This document shows positions 60,185-64,000 of a DNA stretch of 64,000 nucleotides, in pieces (within the stretch, counting starts at the first letter, position 1; each line of letters starts with the position of its first letter). A program made the translations under genes and the position numbers. The DNA is from Chloroflexota bacterium (GTDB lineage: Bacteria; Chloroflexota; UBA11872; VXOZ01), in the NCBI GenBank assembly GCA_964291655.2, contig OZ219802.1, positions 416,001 to 480,000 on the forward strand, given 5' to 3'. The notes beneath the pieces were generated by a model. That model was not told the origin of the DNA. It saw only the letters and a program-made list of their open reading frames with translations, and ran no database searches.

Positions 60185-63109
60185 TTAGGTGAACAGTTTT
60201 ACGTTCTTGGGACGGGACTTTCCGCCGTGGACGGAGGGTTCGGCGCACCATTTGGCGGCGAGGCGGCGGACGGCTGTGTAGGTTTGTTCGTCGAAGTTCA
60301 AGAGGTCACGGATGACGCGGCGGTCGAGGAGGGCGCGGTTGGGGTCGGCGTCGGCGAGGTAGGCGGGCTGCAACTTTTTGTCGCGGAATTCGTCGAAGAT
60401 TTCTTCCGCCTCGTTCAGTTGATTGTCGCTGAGGGCGCGGAAGTCGAGGACGGGAAGAGATTCAGCGGAGCGGATAGTTATTCCAGCCTTGCTCGACTGC
60501 TGTCGGTTGGCGTGCCACCAATAGCAAAGCAACCCCAATGTACTGTTGCCCCAAACCGCAAAAGCGTATTCGAACCTACTTTCCTCAAATGCCACGTTAG
60601 GCCAAACTCGACCTCCGATTGATTCCCTTTCCGTAAAGGAAACGGCGAGTGGCTGAGAGCCAAAAGTATATTCGAGATTCAGGTGGGCCCGGCTGGCTCT
60701 AGCCCAAACTGCGTTGGCCTTCTGCTCCATTCCTTGCCTTACTAGCAATTGAGAATCCGGCTGGCACAGAATCCGGGTTTCGTTCTTGGCATCATGATTC
60801 CAAAGAGCAGGATAGGTCGCTGTTAGGCTTGGTTGGGCTTTGTCAAAAGGCCCTTGGGGAGGCCCACTAGATGGCCAACCGGTAATGTCCAGATGATGAA
60901 ATCCCATACTAGCAATGGTTCCAAGCCGCACTTGCCTCAAATTCAAGATGTTTGGGCTGCCAGGTAGCCATAGTTGTCCCTTTGACAGCGCGTAGCAGGT
61001 CTGAGCAAGCGAGTAGTCAGACAAGCGTACGGATCCCCAAGCTGCCCCATTCACTTCAATGGGTGCCTCTATAGTCTCTCCCGCAAAGTCGGTGCCAATC
61101 GCTAAGCTCGTGCCCCCATAGGGTCCATCCTCCAATTGCCGGATATCGCCAGGCTCTTCTAAAGCTTTTGCAGTTGCGCTCGCCTCCGCAAGTCCCTTTG
61201 GGCGCAAACGCAGCGAAGCAAATTGAGATCTTGCATGAGCAGAGGCCCCACTCGCAGCCTCCTTACCTTTGCGCGCGACCAACAGACAGTCTGCCATTCC
61301 TGTGTCGGATGAAAATGACATTTCACTACCGGTAGTTGAAATACTCAATACTGTCAGGTCTCCATAGCGATGCTCAATCATCTGTCGAAACCCTTGCCAT
61401 GACAGACCAGAGGCCGTAGATAAAGGTAAAACTAGTGCCAGGATTCCGCCAGGCTTCAATTTGCGGTCAGCCAATGCAGCAAAAGCTGAGGCCATTCCCG
61501 CGTGACCGTGATAGCAGGTTCCCTTCCTAAAGACGGCCATGCGTTTCGCCATTTCCCTCTGGTCTTCTTTGCTTGCGTTGAATGCAGCAAACGCGCCAGC
61601 GAAAGTCCCCGCGTACCCCGCCTCTTTGTTTGTATTTCGAGTGAATGGCGGGTTCATGATCACCATGTCAAACCCCTCATCCGGGACATCCACGGTAATT
61701 TGGGCCGCGGTTTCCTCACCCGCGCTGCCGGTGCGGAGGGCGGGGTCGCTGGTGTTGAAGAGGGTTTGGACGTCTGATCGCTGCAGAAGTTCCAGGGAGC
61801 CGATCTTTACCGTGCCGTCGGGCTGGCGGCCGTAGGGCATGGTGTAAAGGCGGGAGCTGCCAAAGGCTTCCCCAGGTTCCACGCCGGAGAGGGTGGAGCC
61901 GGTGATGTGGATGGCCGAGGGCATCACGTCGCAGCCATAGAGCACATCTTCCATCATGGCGCGGTGCAGGGCGGCCGGATTGCCGCCGGCGCGCTCGTGT
62001 TTGGCGGCGATCTGCTCGTACACCGCCGAGAGTAGCGCGCCCGTGCCGCAGGCAAAATCGGCGATGCGCAGCTTGCCGATGGCGCCGGCATCCGCCCAGT
62101 CCACGCCTGGCAGCTTGGCCACGGCCAGCCGCGCCAGCAGCGCCGCCGACGCGGGCAGCGTGTAGAACGTCGCCAGATACTTGCGGTCGGCAATGAGGCG
62201 CTGGAAGATGCGGCCGGTCAAGTCGTGGGAATTCTCCACGCCCATAGACCTCACCGCCTGGGCCGTATCCCGCAAGCGCCGCAATATGCGCGCCGCCTCA
62301 GCCGCGGGCAAATGCATCAGAATGTCCCTGGCGACGGCAAAGATCGCCCAATAGTTGATCTCCAGAATGTCCTGCCACGCCGCGAGCACCTCACCCTGCG
62401 GATTGGCAACGTCATCGCCGCAGACCATGTTCAGGGACTTTACCCCAGAATGCATGCCGTAGATGCGCTCGTGGAAGACCAGAGCGTTGGCGATGATGGC
62501 GCAGGCCATGCGGCGCGTCTGCGGCACGTTGCTCATGCCGAGGAGACGGGCGATATCCATGGTGATTGCCTGGCGGTTGGTGTCCATCTCGTCCAGGATC
62601 TTTGCCGCCGCGTTGATACCCTCCTGCAGCGTGTCGGTGGCATCATCCACGGCCCGCTGCGGCACGGAGACCAAGCGTGCCAGATCGGCTACGTCCTCAG
62701 GTCCACCCTCCAGCCAGCCGGACGCCGGAAAGCGACTGACGCCCCTCTTCTCTTCCGTAAAGACACAGTAAGACAGACGGGCCTGCCGCAGAGCGGAAGG
62801 GAGATCGTCAGCATCAGCAATCTCATCGGGATACCGAAGCGCGATGGCGGCCCCGATGCGCCGTGCGCTCGCCGCTACCTCCAAACCCAAACGCGACTTG
62901 GCTTCATCCTCCACGGTCGCGCCGGGCACATACTCCGCCTCGATCACCACCGGCGCGCGGCCGGGATCCTCGATGATTATGTCGGGCCGCAGACCCGGAT
63001 GCCCCGTAATCGCCTGCGTACTCTCAGCGCGCACGTGACTGCGGGAGAGCATGCCTTGCAGCACACTTTCCATTGCGTTGTTGACACTTGGCTCGGTCTG
63101 ACGCGCCAT
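60185..63109 (-). CDS. Type IIG-like fused restriction endonuclease / N6-adenine methyltransferase
   Basis: N-terminal RPDI...VIEAE nuclease-like motif, FYT, DFACGTGALL (motif I), MNPPF (motif IV), long C-terminal specificity region. Confidence 0.85.
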   Translation of the reverse strand: MARQTEPSVNNAMESVLQGMLSRSHVRAESTQAITGHPGLRPDIIIEDPGRAPVVIEAEYVPGATVEDEAKSRLGLEVAASARRIGAAIALRYPDEIADADDLPSALRQARLSYCVFTEEKRGVSRFPASGWLEGGPEDVADLARLVSVPQRAVDDATDTLQEGINAAAKILDEMDTNRQAITMDIARLLGMSNVPQTRRMACAIIANALVFHERIYGMHSGVKSLNMVCGDDVANPQGEVLAAWQDILEINYWAIFAVARDILMHLPAAEAARILRRLRDTAQAVRSMGVENSHDLTGRIFQRLIADRKYLATFYTLPASAALLARLAVAKLPGVDWADAGAIGKLRIADFACGTGALLSAVYEQIAAKHERAGGNPAALHRAMMEDVLYGCDVMPSAIHITGSTLSGVEPGEAFGSSRLYTMPYGRQPDGTVKIGSLELLQRSDVQTLFNTSDPALRTGSAGEETAAQITVDVPDEGFDMVIMNPPFTRNTNKEAGYAGTFAGAFAAFNASKEDQREMAKRMAVFRKGTCYHGHAGMASAFAALADRKLKPGGILALVLPLSTASGLSWQGFRQMIEHRYGDLTVLSISTTGSEMSFSSDTGMADCLLVARKGKEAASGASAHARSQFASLRLRPKGLAEASATAKALEEPGDIRQLEDGPYGGTSLAIGTDFAGETIEAPIEVNGAAWGSVRLSDYSLAQTCYALSKGQLWLPGSPNILNLRQVRLGTIASMGFHHLDITGWPSSGPPQGPFDKAQPSLTATYPALWNHDAKNETRILCQPDSQLLVRQGMEQKANAVWARASRAHLNLEYTFGSQPLAVSFTERESIGGRVWPNVAFEESRFEYAFAVWGNSTLGLLCYWWHANRQQSSKAGITIRSAESLPVLDFRALSDNQLNEAEEIFDEFRDKKLQPAYLADADPNRALLDRRVIRDLLNFDEQTYTAVRRLAAKWCAEPSVHGGKSRPKNVKLFT

Positions 63110-63383
63110 CTCTGCTGCAGCTCCCTCAGTCCGCCCCTGCAATTCCCAAGAAGTTCAACAGTACTATTGTACGTGGTATCAGCTGCTGTAGCAGGTCCTA
63201 CCATATTGAAAGTTCGCACAAGCTAGGTTGAAGGCCCCTCCACTTCCGTTGGAATGCCGCTACACTATTCAACCCTATCTCCCTGAGGGCCTATGCGAAT
63301 CGCCTTGATCTACCTTGGCTAACGGTTAGATTGAAGGTTGTAAAAGGCTTGAGGCTACGCAAATTACGAAATCATTATTGCCT

Positions 63384-63411
63384 CTGGATTCCGGCTTGCG
63401 CCGGAATGACG
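63384..63411 (-). repeat. CGTC-tagged REP copy
   Basis: CTGGATTCCGGCTTGCGCCGGAATGACG, one mismatch to 46949-46976. Confidence 0.85.
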
Positions 63412-64000
63412 GCCTGCGCGGGACATTCCCTTAAAGCCCGCTAAGACCTTCCTATGATTTCCCTGAACTTCTACACACTTTCTTTGCATAGTCCCGTACG
63501 CTGGACGTAGAGGGACTGAGTGTGAGTATGTGAACCATGTACCGCAACGGCGGGCGACCCTCTCAACCGCCTAGGAAGAGCGGCATCATGCGCAGGTACA
63601 GGACCAATCTCGGTCAGTGCTTAAACGGAGATGCGACCAATTCGCGCCAGGACCGCGACCAATTCAGTCAATACGTAGACAGAATTGGCAGCATTCTGCG
63701 CGAGACTCGTGAGTATCCCGGTCAGCGCAACGAGCGGCGCGGTCGCCGGACCGCACAGTCTCGGGCGCTGCACAGGGCCGAGTCTCTGGCTGCGCACGTG
63801 GCTGTGGTGCTGCTTGGGTTGGCTGCCGCGTTCAGTCCCTCCTATAAGCCCACAACGCGCAGCACGTGTACGCCCTATATCGGGCACAGTTTCACCCTGC
63901 TGCGCATGGTGATTGACCCACGCCCGCAGGCAATCTTTGCCTCCTTCACCGACGGAGTGCGCCTCGTCGGCATCCTATAGGCGTCCGCACGCGCACCGGT

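Noticed and set aside
56430-63400. Integron cassette array
   Set aside because: No integrase, no clear attC sites, and mixed gene orientation
63537-64000. 147-aa ORF with one hydrophobic stretch, possibly a decayed permease start
   Set aside because: No recognisable motif and at the window edge; cannot be supported

Overview
A moderately GC-rich bacterial window. The gene content (Tat-lipoprotein solute-binding proteins, PhyH-HEAT, BNR propellers, imuB-dnaE2) suggests Chloroflexota, but this is inference only. Bases 1-32 kb are mostly housekeeping and metabolic genes: sugar-1-phosphate nucleotidyltransferase, ffh, nhaA, comM/yifB, AlkZ-like glycosylase, hpt-ade, thrB, ispG, a BaeSR-like pair and an RND pump. 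A decayed duplicate of the comM 5' end brackets a GH127-like gene. Bases 32-64 kb are accessory. They hold an orphan amidase + holin pair beside a Phd-VapC module, an ABC-2 operon with a Walker A frameshift, and an IS1182 inserted exactly into the loop of a REP-like palindrome. They also hold an imuB-dnaE2-SRAP mutagenesis cassette and several REP families, three of which anchor tandem arrays (30, 112 and 78 bp units). At the right end is a defence cluster: VapBC, a toxin-less Phd antitoxin closely coupled to a SIR2 gene, and a convergent, compositionally mosaic Type IIG-like restriction-modification gene. The best candidates for something new are the Phd-SIR2 pair and the phage-free amidase/holin cassette. 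No rRNA, intact tRNA or CRISPR array was seen. All family calls come from motif recognition by eye, and GC statements are visual impressions; nothing was computed or searched.
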